This document shows, piece after piece, positions 15,626-24,979 of a stretch of DNA of 64,000 nt. Position 1 is the stretch's first letter, and each line of letters starts with the position of its first letter. The position numbers and the translations under genes are program-made. The notes under the pieces are model-generated. The model did no database searches. It worked only from the letters and a program-made list of their open reading frames with translations, and was not told the origin of the DNA. The stretch is from an uncultured Bacilli bacterium (lineage in GTDB: Bacteria > Bacillota_I > Bacilli_A > RF39 > UBA660), in the NCBI GenBank assembly GCA_947624505.1, contig CANQKO010000005.1:1761-65760 (forward strand). The letters run 5' to 3'.

Positions 15626-16345
15626 CTAATACATACTTTTTAATTTTGCGTCATTACCCTCTCCACTTTGACAGAAGAAATGCAAGTAATACCAATACTT
15701 TCCGTTTTCATCAATAACAGATGGGTACACCCTAAAATAGTTTATATCTGGTTGTATTGGGCTATCTGGGTGTGCTTCATTGTAATCTAAAACATAGTCT
15801 AATTCATTATTTTGAATTTGTGTACCACGAGCAAAGGCTTCACTTTCCGAAGAAAATTCCTTTTTGCCTCCTGTTATGGAATCATAAAATGTCGTAGATA
15901 CTACATTCTTCTGTGTTTGATTACTTGATTTGTTATTGCTTTGATTAGCATTGTTATTTTGTGTACTACTCTGTGTTGGTTTATTTTCTTGTGGCTTTTC
16001 ATCTGCTTTCTTTGTTGTAGTTTGAGTATTTGAACTGTTTTGTTTTTTTGTTGTTGAATTGCTAGTTGGTGTTTTTACTTTTGGAATATTTTTCTTGATT
16101 TCCTGTTCTTTTGCTACCTCTGTATCTTGCTTTTTTGTTTCCGTTTCTTTTGGAGTGATTTTCTCCTGCGTTTCTGTTTCTTGACTTTGTGAATTATCTT
16201 CCACTTTTTCATCTGCTTTTTTATCGCTAACATTAACCTGTTCAAGTTTTGGAGTTGGATTCACTTTCATTGCAAAATAAACTGTACTACCTGTTGCAAT
16301 AAGCATTACGCTTAACAAAATAAATATTTTTTTCATCTCGATCAC
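15626..16345 (-). CDS. Membrane-anchored/secreted protein with low-complexity T/Q/N/K-rich spacer and a C-terminal globular domain
   Basis: 239 aa. N-terminal hydrophobic helix, ~110 aa low-complexity region, and a C-terminal ~90 aa domain (FYDSITGGKKEFSSESEAFARG...YWYYLHFFCQSGEG). No family recognised. Confidence 0.55.
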   Translation of the reverse strand: MIEMKKIFILLSVMLIATGSTVYFAMKVNPTPKLEQVNVSDKKADEKVEDNSQSQETETQEKITPKETETKKQDTEVAKEQEIKKNIPKVKTPTSNSTTKKQNSSNTQTTTKKADEKPQENKPTQSSTQNNNANQSNNKSSNQTQKNVVSTTFYDSITGGKKEFSSESEAFARGTQIQNNELDYVLDYNEAHPDSPIQPDINYFRVYPSVIDENGKYWYYLHFFCQSGEGNDAKLKSMY

Positions 16346-16487
16346 CTTTCCTTTAGTGATAGTATAAACTAAATATTTTTATTTTGCATTTGTGTAAATT
16401 ATATATTTTTTTTCAGTTAGTATAACAGTTAGTATTTAATACTAGGGGTAGGTTGTAGGAAGGGGAACAATGGAATAAATACTCCCA

Positions 16488-17423
16488 CTATCTAGCACCC
16501 ATTGATTTTTGTTTTTCAAGATACCTATTGTAAAAGTCCAATGCTTTAAAAATATGCTCTGTGTATTTTGTAGATGGCATACCTTTAGGCATTTTAGGTT
16601 GTAAATCTCTAAAATTTAATTTTAACTTTTCTACTTGATTTGGTTTTTCACGACACATTATTTCTTCGATTTTATCTTCATCTAACTTCCCACTTTGACT
16701 TAATCTTTTCATTTCTTGGGCTTGTGATAAAGACGGTGTCGCTACATTACACTCTATGCTTTTAAGCAACCATTTTTGTTGTTCCTTTGTAAGATATGAA
16801 AGTTCTACTGCTGGACTAAATGCAATAACTTTGTTATCGACCATATCAAGTAATGGCTTTACTAATTCAGTAAGTCTGATATATCTTTGTATTTGCGACT
16901 TACTATCTGGACTATTAACAGACAATTTTTCAACTGATGTCAACTTCTCCCCAACTTGGTCAGAAGTTAAATCTGTTCTAAATCCTTGTTTCTTCATTGC
17001 TTCCAATTTCATTTTGTAAGCAAAAGCACGCTCACTTGGTAAGATATGCTCTCTTTGTAAGTTACTATCAACCATAATAATTGTCGCTTGCTCGTCTGTT
17101 AGTTCACGAATGATACACGGCATATTTTCTTTGTTTGCCAATCTGCTAGCCATCTTTCTTCTGTGACCTGCTATTATTTGATATTCTCCATTTGGAAGTG
17201 GTCTAACAAGCCCCGGCTCTAATATTCCGTGTTCTTTGACACTTTGTGCCATTTCTTTCATCTCATCATTATCTTCCACTTTAAAGGGGTGATTCGGAAA
17301 ATCGTGTAATTTAGTTAATGGTAATTCGCAAACTTTTTCTAAATTAGCCTCATCTCGCTCTTTTTGTGTAGTAAATAAATTATCTAACTTGGGCAACGGC
17401 ATTTTTTGTTCGTTCTTTGCCAT
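16488..17423 (-). CDS. parB: ParB/Spo0J-family protein (ICE-encoded)
   Basis: ParB N-terminal domain with the GHRR box (YQIIAGHRRKMAS). Overlaps the parA 3' end. Confidence 0.8.
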   Translation of the reverse strand: MAKNEQKMPLPKLDNLFTTQKERDEANLEKVCELPLTKLHDFPNHPFKVEDNDEMKEMAQSVKEHGILEPGLVRPLPNGEYQIIAGHRRKMASRLANKENMPCIIRELTDEQATIIMVDSNLQREHILPSERAFAYKMKLEAMKKQGFRTDLTSDQVGEKLTSVEKLSVNSPDSKSQIQRYIRLTELVKPLLDMVDNKVIAFSPAVELSYLTKEQQKWLLKSIECNVATPSLSQAQEMKRLSQSGKLDEDKIEEIMCREKPNQVEKLKLNFRDLQPKMPKGMPSTKYTEHIFKALDFYNRYLEKQKSMGAR

Positions 17424-18237
17424 TATCTAACACCTCCTTTGCAAATGAAGAATATGCTTCTGCCACTTTACTATTTTTATCATAAGTAAATATGCTTTTA
17501 CCTCGTGAAGTAGATTCAGCAGTTTTAATTGCCATTGGTATTTGAGTATCAAAGATTTTCAACATACTTCCATAATTCTCTTGTAGTTGTGTTTTCATTT
17601 CTTTTGATAAATTAGTTCTTTTATCAACTAGAGTTAATAAAACACCATCTACTTTTAAATTAGGGTTAATCTGTCTTTGTACTTTCGATATTGTCTTTAA
17701 TAAATGTGTCATACCTTTTGCTGCTAGAAATTGACTTTGTACTGGTACTATCACACTATCTGCACTAGCAAGAGCATTTACAGTAACCATACCAAGACTA
17801 GGCATACAGTCTATGATTATATAGTCATATTTTTCTTTTAATTCTGATAAGCAATTTCTCATAGTGTACTCCCTACTCATAGCATTTACTAATGACATTT
17901 CAAGTGCCGACAGGTCAAGATTAGACGGTATTAAGTCAACATTCTCTTTATGGTGTAATACTGCTTTATCTGTTTGTATTGGCTCATCATTCATTGACTG
18001 TTCCATTAAATCTGCTAATGTTATAGGTAATTCGTCTTGATTATACCAACCCATATAGGTAGTTAAATCGCCCTGTGGATCTGCGTCCACTAAAAGAACT
18101 TTTTTACCCATTTTAGATAATGCTACACCAAGCGAAAATGTTGTTGTAGTTTTACCTACTCCACCCTTTTGATTTGCAATAGCAATGGTCTTACATTGTG
18201 ACATCTTCAATTCCTCCTTTCTTTTAAATTTAGCCAC
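17380..18237 (-). CDS. parA: ParA/Soj-family ATPase (ICE-encoded)
   Basis: Deviant Walker A IANQKGGVGKTTT; Walker B YIIIDCMPSLG. Confidence 0.85.
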   Translation of the reverse strand: MAKFKRKEELKMSQCKTIAIANQKGGVGKTTTTFSLGVALSKMGKKVLLVDADPQGDLTTYMGWYNQDELPITLADLMEQSMNDEPIQTDKAVLHHKENVDLIPSNLDLSALEMSLVNAMSREYTMRNCLSELKEKYDYIIIDCMPSLGMVTVNALASADSVIVPVQSQFLAAKGMTHLLKTISKVQRQINPNLKVDGVLLTLVDKRTNLSKEMKTQLQENYGSMLKIFDTQIPMAIKTAESTSRGKSIFTYDKNSKVAEAYSSFAKEVLDNGKERTKNAVAQVR

Positions 18238-18278
18238 CCTTATATAAATAAAGATGGCTATGTATTGCCTTTAGGCAT

Positions 18279-18308
18279 AAAAAAGAACTGACCATTTATA
18301 ATCAGTTC
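18279..18308 (-). terminator. Rho-independent terminator between the int module and parA
   Basis: Minus strand reads GAACTGA-(10-nt loop)-TCAGTTC followed by TTTTTT. Confidence 0.55.
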
Positions 18309-18325
18309 AAATATGTTATATGTTT

Positions 18326-18472
18326 TTACTTATTATCTACCAACTTCAAAAGTAGTTCATCAATAGGTGTAGTATCTTCTTTTTCTCTTAATAATTTATT
18401 TCTTAATTCTACTAAGCCATTTACTAAAAGTCCATATTCTAATTTATTTACTTTTAATTTAATTTTCTTCAT
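18326..18472 (-). CDS. Small ORF (48 aa) immediately downstream of the integrase, below the ORF-track size cut-off
   Basis: My translation is MKKIKLKVNKLEYGLLVNGLVELRNKLLREKEDTTPIDELLLKLVDNK. SD GGGAGTG lies 8 nt upstream of ATG 18472. A terminator follows it. Confidence 0.35.
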   Translation of the reverse strand: MKKIKLKVNKLEYGLLVNGLVELRNKLLREKEDTTPIDELLLKLVDNK

Positions 18473-18484
18473 TATAATCACTCC

Positions 18485-19798
18485 CTATGTTTCTTGATAT
18501 GGCATATCAACTGTCTTTGGAATATTTAGTGTATTACCATATTCTTCAAACTTATCTACGGTATCAACTTCCATTTTATTTGTTACTCTAACATAAATAT
18601 TATAAGTAGTTTGAATTGTTGAATGTCCTAATCTTTTAGATACTGCTTTAATATCTGCACCATTTTCAATTAACCTAGTTGCGTGTGTATCTCTAAAATC
18701 GTGAAACCTACTGTTTATACCTAATTCATAATGGATTACTTTAAAAGCATACTTTGGAGAATCTGTTCCTAGAAATTGCCCATTTTCTTTAACAAAAACT
18801 AATTTTGCCTCTGGCAATGCTACTTCTAATTCTGCCTTTGCTTCAACTAATTTTATTTCTTCTTTTTTAGTTATTTCATTTAATACTTTCTTTTCATAAT
18901 AACAAAGATATGAATCTCCATAAAACTTTCTATTTTCTTCTTGTTCCTTTTTATATTCTTTTAAAGCATTTACCAAAGTGTCGCCAATAGATATAGTTCT
19001 TCTACTTTGTGGATTTTTACACTCTCCATAATACCACACACCAACAGAGTGTCCTTTTGTTATATTCTTTCTTTTTGGTAACCCATATTGATTTTTTTTA
19101 ATGATATTCTTATTGATAGTTAATGTTTTGTTTGCAAAGTCAACACAGTCCCACGTTAAGCCATAAACTTCAGATACTCTCATACCTGTATAATATGCAG
19201 TTAAGAATGAATAGTAAATTGAATGTGTACCTTTAAATCTATCTAGTATTTTTTCTATTTCTTCTTGAGTAAATATATGTGCTGGATCACTATCAATTTT
19301 ATCTATTCTTGGAGCGTGTACGTGTTCTGCCGGATTAGTGTTAATATAATTTAGTGTATAACACGCATACTTTAAAGAGCCTTTAATAACTTTTAAAATA
19401 CTTGCCATATAATTTTTAGAAAAAGCATATTCTACATATATTTTGTTAATAAACTCTTGTAATAATCTTGTATCTAACTGACACAATTTATAAAACCCTA
19501 TTCTAGGTTTAACGTGATTTTTAATAATGTTTATATAAGATATTGTAGTTGAATAATGCAAATTAAAACTTGCATAATTATCTATCCAATAATCTAAAAA
19601 ATCTGCATACGACATATTTTCTCTTAATTGTACTTTTGTTCCGTTGTAATAAAAATCGTTGTAGGCTTTCGCACCCTCCTTAAATGCTTCTGACTTTGAT
19701 GGATAACCTGACTTACTTATCCATTTTCTCGCACCATCAACTGTTGCAACTTCAAATCGGTATTCATATACCTTTCCACGTTTTCTAACGCTTACCAT
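18485..19798 (-). CDS. int: Tyrosine recombinase / phage-type integrase
   Basis: 437 aa. Catalytic signature R (YYTGMRVSEVYGL), H-x-x-R (HDFRDTHATRL) and H...Y (GHSTIQTTYNIYV). Terminal position in the element. Confidence 0.9.
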   Translation of the reverse strand: MVSVRKRGKVYEYRFEVATVDGARKWISKSGYPSKSEAFKEGAKAYNDFYYNGTKVQLRENMSYADFLDYWIDNYASFNLHYSTTISYINIIKNHVKPRIGFYKLCQLDTRLLQEFINKIYVEYAFSKNYMASILKVIKGSLKYACYTLNYINTNPAEHVHAPRIDKIDSDPAHIFTQEEIEKILDRFKGTHSIYYSFLTAYYTGMRVSEVYGLTWDCVDFANKTLTINKNIIKKNQYGLPKRKNITKGHSVGVWYYGECKNPQSRRTISIGDTLVNALKEYKKEQEENRKFYGDSYLCYYEKKVLNEITKKEEIKLVEAKAELEVALPEAKLVFVKENGQFLGTDSPKYAFKVIHYELGINSRFHDFRDTHATRLIENGADIKAVSKRLGHSTIQTTYNIYVRVTNKMEVDTVDKFEEYGNTLNIPKTVDMPYQET

Positions 19799-19887
19799 AA
19801 AAAATCTCTCCCTTTACTAAAATTGTTAGTAAACGGAAAAATGCCAACATTTTTGAATGCTGACATTTTTAAAACTATATCCACTAA

Positions 19888-19994
19888 TTTGTCCACGTAG
19901 TTTTTTCCTTAATATTACGGGCTTTTTCGTAGTTTTGTCCACGAACTCAAATTTACGTGGACAAATCGTGGACAAATCGTCCTTTGTGGACAAA
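19888..19994. repeat. Five copies of a 10-mer TTTGTCCAC(G/A): candidate integrase/Xis arm-type binding sites
   Basis: TTTGTCCACG at 19888-19897 and 19934-19943. The inverted form CGTGGACAAA at 19956-19965 and 19967-19976 (11-bp phasing), and TGTGGACAAA at 19985-19994. All lie between the int start and the secA stop. Confidence 0.6.
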
Positions 19995-20047
19995 TTTCTT
20001 ATTTTCTTAATTTTTCATAAATCCTTATTTTATAAGGGTTTGCGAGA

Positions 20048-22534
20048 TTATTTACCACAACAGTTTTTGTATTTCTTCCCACTTCCACAAGGGCAAGGGT
20101 CATTTCGGCCTATTTTATTTACTCTTTTAGGAGCACTTTTAACTGTCTCCTTGCCATCATTAGCAGTTCCATTTAACGTTTGTTTTCTTTCCGTATTTTG
20201 TCTTACTTCAGCTTTAAGTAAGAATTTAGCAGTTAAATCTTCAATTTTTACTAAAAGATTATCAAACATTTCATAACCTTCCATTGTATAAGCTTGAATT
20301 GGGTTAGTTTGACTATATCCTCTTAAACCAATTCCCTCCTTTAAATGTTCCATTGCACTCATATGTTCAACCCAGTTAGAGTCAATAATCCGAAGAGAAA
20401 TAGCTTTTTCAAATTCATTCATAACTGGTGAATCAATCATTTTCTTTTCATAATCTTTAATAACTAAATTGTAAATATAATCTATTAGTTCATCATTTTT
20501 TAAATCTTTAACATCCGCTAATTTTAAAGCATTATTTTTTAAATAATTAGCATTAATATATTCTACTAATTCTTTTTTATCATCATCGTTTATTACGCCT
20601 TCTTTAGAATAATGACTTTCTACTAAATTAGTAATTGTATTTTTAAAGACATCTAAAATACTTTCGTGAATACTCTCACTTTCAAGGATTTCATTTCTTC
20701 TACTATAAATAATTTCTCTTTGTTCATTTAAAACATTATCATAATCAAGAAGCGTTTTTCTTATATCGTAGTTATTTCCTTCAACTTTCTTTTGAGCTGT
20801 TTCAATACTCTTAGTTAAAGCCTTAGAACGAATAGCTTGGTTTTCATCAATTCCTAAACGTGCTAGCATATTTTTAATACTATCAGTTCCAAAACGACGC
20901 ATTAAATCATCTTCAAAGGAAACAAAGAATTGACTTTTACCAGGATCACCTTGACGACCAGCCCGACCTCTTAATTGGTTATCAATACGTCTTGATTCGT
21001 GTCTTTCAGTACCTATTACACAAAGTCCGCCAAGTTCTTTAACACCTTCGCCAAGTTTAATATCGGTTCCTCGACCAGCCATATTAGTAGCAAGAGTTAT
21101 AGCTCCAATTTCCCCAGCTTTAGCAATTATTTCAGCTTCTCTTTCGTGATTCTTAGCGTTTAATACTTCGTGACGAAGACCAGCTTTTTTAAGTAAGCCA
21201 CTTAAATATTCATTAGCCTCAACAGAAATTGTACCAATAAGAATTGGTTCTCCTGTTTTATGGATTTCTTCAACATATTTAATAATTGCATTATATTTAC
21301 CCTTACTTGTCGCATATACTAAATCAGCATAATCTTCTCTTATAACTTCTTTATTAGTAGGTATTTCAATAACATACATATTATAAATACTTGTAAATTC
21401 TTCTTCTTCTGTTTTAGCAGTACCAGTCATACCTGATAATTTCTTATACATTCTAAATAAATTTTGGAATGTAATCGTCGCCATCGTTTGAGTTTCTGTA
21501 TTAATGGTTACGCCTTCTTTGGCTTCAATTGCTTGATGTAATCCTTCACTAAATTGTCTTCCTTGCATAAGACGACCAGTAAAGGGATCAACAATAATAA
21601 CTTCATCATTTTGAACAACATAATCAACATCTTTTTTAAAACCATAGTTAGCTTTTAGCGCTTGATTTAAATGATGAACTAAAGCCGTATTATCTAAATC
21701 ATATAAATTCTTTAAATTAAAATATTTTTCTATTTTTTTACTTCCCTCTTCAGTTAGAGATACATTCTTAGTTTTAACATCTATATCATAATCTTCTGTT
21801 TCTTTTAAAGTTCTAACTGCTCTATCAGCATCAACATATAAATTTCTTGAGTTAAATTTACCCCCACTAATAATTAATGGTGTTCTTGCTTCATCAATTA
21901 AAATAGAGTCAACTTCATCGATAATACAAAAGTTAAGTTCTCTTTGAACTTTATCTTCCATTCTAACAACCATATTATCTCTTAAATAATCAAAACCAAT
22001 TTCATTATTTGTTGAATATAATATATCTTTACTATAGGCTTCTTGTTTTTCTTTAGTAGACATTTCTCTTAAATTAACCCCAACAGAAACACCAAGAAGA
22101 TCATAAACCGGTCCCATCCACTCAGCATTACGACTAGATAAGTATTCATTGGTTGTAACAACGTGAACACCTTTACCTGTAAGGGCATTAACATAAGCTG
22201 GGAAGATAGTAGTTAAAGTTTTACCTTCACCAGTTTTCATTTCGGCAATATTACCATAATGTATAGCAAGACCGCCAACTAATTGAACAAAATAAGCTTT
22301 TTCGCCAATAGTTCTAAAAGCTGCTTCCCTAGCAAGAGCAAAAGCCGGCACTAAAATATTATCTAAAGATTCACCATTTAAAAGTCTTTCTTTAAATTCC
22401 TCGGTCTTTTTCTTAAAGTCTTCATCCTTTAATTTACTCATCTCTTCATCTAAAGCAACAATTTTTTCGGCAATGCCTTCAAATCTTTTTAATTCTTTAT
22501 ATTCACTATTTAATAATTTTTTTAATAGTCCCAT
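20048..22534 (-). CDS. secA: Preprotein translocase ATPase SecA
   Basis: 828 aa. FCIIDEVDSILIDEARTPLIISG, TNMAGRGTDIKLG, and the C-terminal zinc motif CPCGSGKKYKNCCG. Confidence 0.97.
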   Translation of the reverse strand: MGLLKKLLNSEYKELKRFEGIAEKIVALDEEMSKLKDEDFKKKTEEFKERLLNGESLDNILVPAFALAREAAFRTIGEKAYFVQLVGGLAIHYGNIAEMKTGEGKTLTTIFPAYVNALTGKGVHVVTTNEYLSSRNAEWMGPVYDLLGVSVGVNLREMSTKEKQEAYSKDILYSTNNEIGFDYLRDNMVVRMEDKVQRELNFCIIDEVDSILIDEARTPLIISGGKFNSRNLYVDADRAVRTLKETEDYDIDVKTKNVSLTEEGSKKIEKYFNLKNLYDLDNTALVHHLNQALKANYGFKKDVDYVVQNDEVIIVDPFTGRLMQGRQFSEGLHQAIEAKEGVTINTETQTMATITFQNLFRMYKKLSGMTGTAKTEEEEFTSIYNMYVIEIPTNKEVIREDYADLVYATSKGKYNAIIKYVEEIHKTGEPILIGTISVEANEYLSGLLKKAGLRHEVLNAKNHEREAEIIAKAGEIGAITLATNMAGRGTDIKLGEGVKELGGLCVIGTERHESRRIDNQLRGRAGRQGDPGKSQFFVSFEDDLMRRFGTDSIKNMLARLGIDENQAIRSKALTKSIETAQKKVEGNNYDIRKTLLDYDNVLNEQREIIYSRRNEILESESIHESILDVFKNTITNLVESHYSKEGVINDDDKKELVEYINANYLKNNALKLADVKDLKNDELIDYIYNLVIKDYEKKMIDSPVMNEFEKAISLRIIDSNWVEHMSAMEHLKEGIGLRGYSQTNPIQAYTMEGYEMFDNLLVKIEDLTAKFLLKAEVRQNTERKQTLNGTANDGKETVKSAPKRVNKIGRNDPCPCGSGKKYKNCCGK

Positions 22535-22619
22535 AATAACACCTCATACTTTATTATAACACAAGGCCTTATAAACTCAAAGATTTAATTTGAAGTTAAT
22601 TAAACTAAAAATATCTGAT

Positions 22620-22657
22620 ATAAAAAGACAAATAAGCAAAAAATTTACTTATTTGTC
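22620..22657 (-). terminator. Rho-independent terminator upstream of the secA promoter region
   Basis: Minus strand reads GACAAATAAG-(11-nt loop)-CTTATTTGTC followed by TTTTTAT, ~25 nt after the stop at 22683. Confidence 0.6.
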
Positions 22658-22682
22658 AAATCTCCCTAAATTATTAAAATTC

Positions 22683-23114
22683 CTAACTAATTAAAAATTC
22701 TACTCCGGCGTGTAATTCTTCATTAGAATTATTATACATATAACTTTTAATAAAACGATATAATCCATTTTCTAACTTTCCATATAAATCAGTGAAATTT
22801 ATTTTAATTTCTATAAATTCATCTTGTTTTAACTCGTGAGGTTGTAAATAAAAATTAACTTTTTCATTCATTTCAAGAGTATACCATTTACCTTTAATTT
22901 TTCTTTCAAGATGGAAAGCATCCCCATAAAATATTGATTCAGGACTATTATTAACTAATATAAATGTAGCTTCATCATTAGTTAAAGTATTCTCTTTTAA
23001 TACTAAATTCACCTCATTACTAGTAATTTTAATATTAGATTCATTATTCTTATCTTTACTATTACAACCAGTAAGTAAAAATATCATAATTGTTATAATT
23101 ATAAATCTTTTCAT
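22683..23114 (-). CDS. Lipoprotein with Ig-like beta-sandwich domain
   Basis: Lipobox IFLLTGC. The body resembles the small bacterial Ig-like domain seen on Firmicute membrane proteins (ATFILVNNSPESIFYGDAFHLERKIKGKWYTL...NGLYRFIK). Confidence 0.55.
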   Translation of the reverse strand: MKRFIIITIMIFLLTGCNSKDKNNESNIKITSNEVNLVLKENTLTNDEATFILVNNSPESIFYGDAFHLERKIKGKWYTLEMNEKVNFYLQPHELKQDEFIEIKINFTDLYGKLENGLYRFIKSYMYNNSNEELHAGVEFLIS

Positions 23115-23115
23115 A

Positions 23116-23832
23116 TTATTCTAAAGTTAGTGATTCTAGTATTTCAATTATGTCCTCTTTTAGTTTCTCTTTAGAAGTAGAAACAAGATCTTCATAAGAT
23201 ATAAAACTATGATGGCCATAAATTTCAACCTCATAAAAAACATTATTATAAACAAAGTGGACAACAGCATCAGTAGAAGGATCGCCAATATAAGTAATAA
23301 TTGCTTCTATTCCTAAAGATTCTATAAAATATTTGTCTAAATAAGAGTTACCTGCAATCCAAAAATCTGGTTCTTTAGAAGCGTTTTTTGTTTTCAAACT
23401 AAATGAAATATTTGTATTAAAAGAACTTTTGCCTGATTTATCGCTGTTAATCATAGTAAAAACGGCATTTGCTATCTTTCCATCTATCACCTCTGTCTTA
23501 TTTAATTTAAATAAATCACTATCATAATAATCACTTTTTAATAATTTAAAACCAAGTTTTTCTTCTATTTCTGCATACGTATAATAACTATTTTCTTCAA
23601 ATAATTTACTATCATAATCTTTATCTATTACAGCTTCTGAAGTAATTTTTTTAATTCCTTTTTCTTCATTAATATCTATTTTCATATGATTAATTATTTT
23701 ACTTGCACTTACTATACCAATAAAACAGACAAATACTATTAATATTGTAACGTATGCATATCTTAATTTAAAACTTTTTGGTGTTCTATTATTTAGAATA
23801 TTATTTTTTAATTTTTCTTTAAAATTTTTCAT
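23116..23832 (-). CDS. Membrane-anchored hypothetical protein
   Basis: 238 aa with one N-terminal TM helix (YAYVTILIVFVCFIGIVSA). 1-nt gap to the downstream lipoprotein gene. Confidence 0.5.
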   Translation of the reverse strand: MKNFKEKLKNNILNNRTPKSFKLRYAYVTILIVFVCFIGIVSASKIINHMKIDINEEKGIKKITSEAVIDKDYDSKLFEENSYYTYAEIEEKLGFKLLKSDYYDSDLFKLNKTEVIDGKIANAVFTMINSDKSGKSSFNTNISFSLKTKNASKEPDFWIAGNSYLDKYFIESLGIEAIITYIGDPSTDAVVHFVYNNVFYEVEIYGHHSFISYEDLVSTSKEKLKEDIIEILESLTLE

Positions 23833-23933
23833 TCAAACTTTTTCCATTTCTCTTTTAATAATTCTTTTACTCTTTTAAGACATATTTTTATTGCTGATTC
23901 ATTTATCTTTAATATTATTAATCTTTATATTTT

Positions 23934-24812
23934 CTACATTAAATTTCTATATACTCCACCCATTCCATCATAATAATGAGCATAACTGTGATTTATAACT
24001 CCGCCAAGACCACTAGATCCTATAACATAAGAATTCGCGGTACTTAGACTGACATCACGAACAGCGTGTTGATAAGTGCCATATACAAGTGTCCCAAAGT
24101 CTGTATCTGATTTAATATTCATAGTTTCCATTAAAGGATGAATATCATCATATAAATTTTGAGCAAGGCCTGCCCCATTATTAAATTTTTTGATATGATC
24201 AGCAGAAGAACTTTCATTATATATCACTTCTGGATAATTCTCGTTAATATAAGGCAATTGGGAACCATCAACTGTATAAGAACTTGTTGACTTTTCTTTA
24301 TCCCATCTTACTCCCAGTAAATCAAAAGAATGAATTATAGGGTTAATATACCAACCATTTTGTAATTTGATAATATATTTTCCTCCACTAATATAATAAG
24401 ATATTTCTACTTTTTTAGATTCGGTTTGATGAACCCAACTGTAATCATTGACAAAACAGACTTCATCCAAATTATGTAATTTGCTATCTTCTAAAATATG
24501 AACATTTTTACTATTTTTAAATATTAATTCTTCTGAAGGAGTTAGTACTTTTGAATAAGTATTAATTATATTCCCTGCTAAATCTTTTTCATACGTTGTT
24601 ACGACTGTTTTTTTAATTTCTCCCAAGACAATTTTTTCATTAGTAGAACCCATTTTTTTGGCTTCATTTAATTTTTCTTGAGATATTTCCATTTTAATTA
24701 CATTAGTTGTATTATTACCTTTTTCATCAAAATACAAATCTTTTGCAAAAGTTACAACGGGAGTTAATGATAAAAGGAACAATAAGTATTTTAATTTTTT
24801 CAAATTTTCCAT
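23934..24812 (-). CDS. Secreted protein, paralog A of an uncharacterised family
   Basis: Signal peptide MENLKKLKYLLFLLSLTPVVTFA. The C-terminal block YQHAVRDVSLSTANSYVIGSSGLGG...YDGMGGVYRNL is shared with 24980..25690. Confidence 0.6.
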   Translation of the reverse strand: MENLKKLKYLLFLLSLTPVVTFAKDLYFDEKGNNTTNVIKMEISQEKLNEAKKMGSTNEKIVLGEIKKTVVTTYEKDLAGNIINTYSKVLTPSEELIFKNSKNVHILEDSKLHNLDEVCFVNDYSWVHQTESKKVEISYYISGGKYIIKLQNGWYINPIIHSFDLLGVRWDKEKSTSSYTVDGSQLPYINENYPEVIYNESSSADHIKKFNNGAGLAQNLYDDIHPLMETMNIKSDTDFGTLVYGTYQHAVRDVSLSTANSYVIGSSGLGGVINHSYAHYYDGMGGVYRNLM

Positions 24813-24979
24813 TCCCTTCTAATTTGTTTATTCGAATAAACGTGTAGTTTTTCTAACTACAATTTTATTATAAATAATTAATTTAAAAATAGAAAGAAAC
24901 CAATAGTTTCAATTATAAATTCAATCTTAAGCTTACATTAATATATTGCAAACCTAAGTGTTTATTTAATTAATATTTT

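Larger units (their letters stand above)
1..20000 (-). mobile_element. One end (~20 kb) of an integrative conjugative/mobilizable element (ICE/IME); other end lies beyond the window start; right boundary somewhere between 19799 and 20047
   Basis: Contiguous minus-strand block: tyrosine integrase, ParA/ParB, sortase plus LPXTG-like adhesin, giant ArdC/MTase/helicase polyvalent protein, DUF3991-Toprim, XRE, MobC, relaxase. It abuts the 3' end of the core gene secA. Repeated integrase-arm-like motifs at 19888-19994. Confidence 0.8.

Noticed and set aside
19857-20276. 139-aa plus-strand ORF spanning the ICE junction and the secA 3' end
   Set aside because: It runs antisense to the highly conserved secA C-terminus and through the repeat array, and it has no motif.
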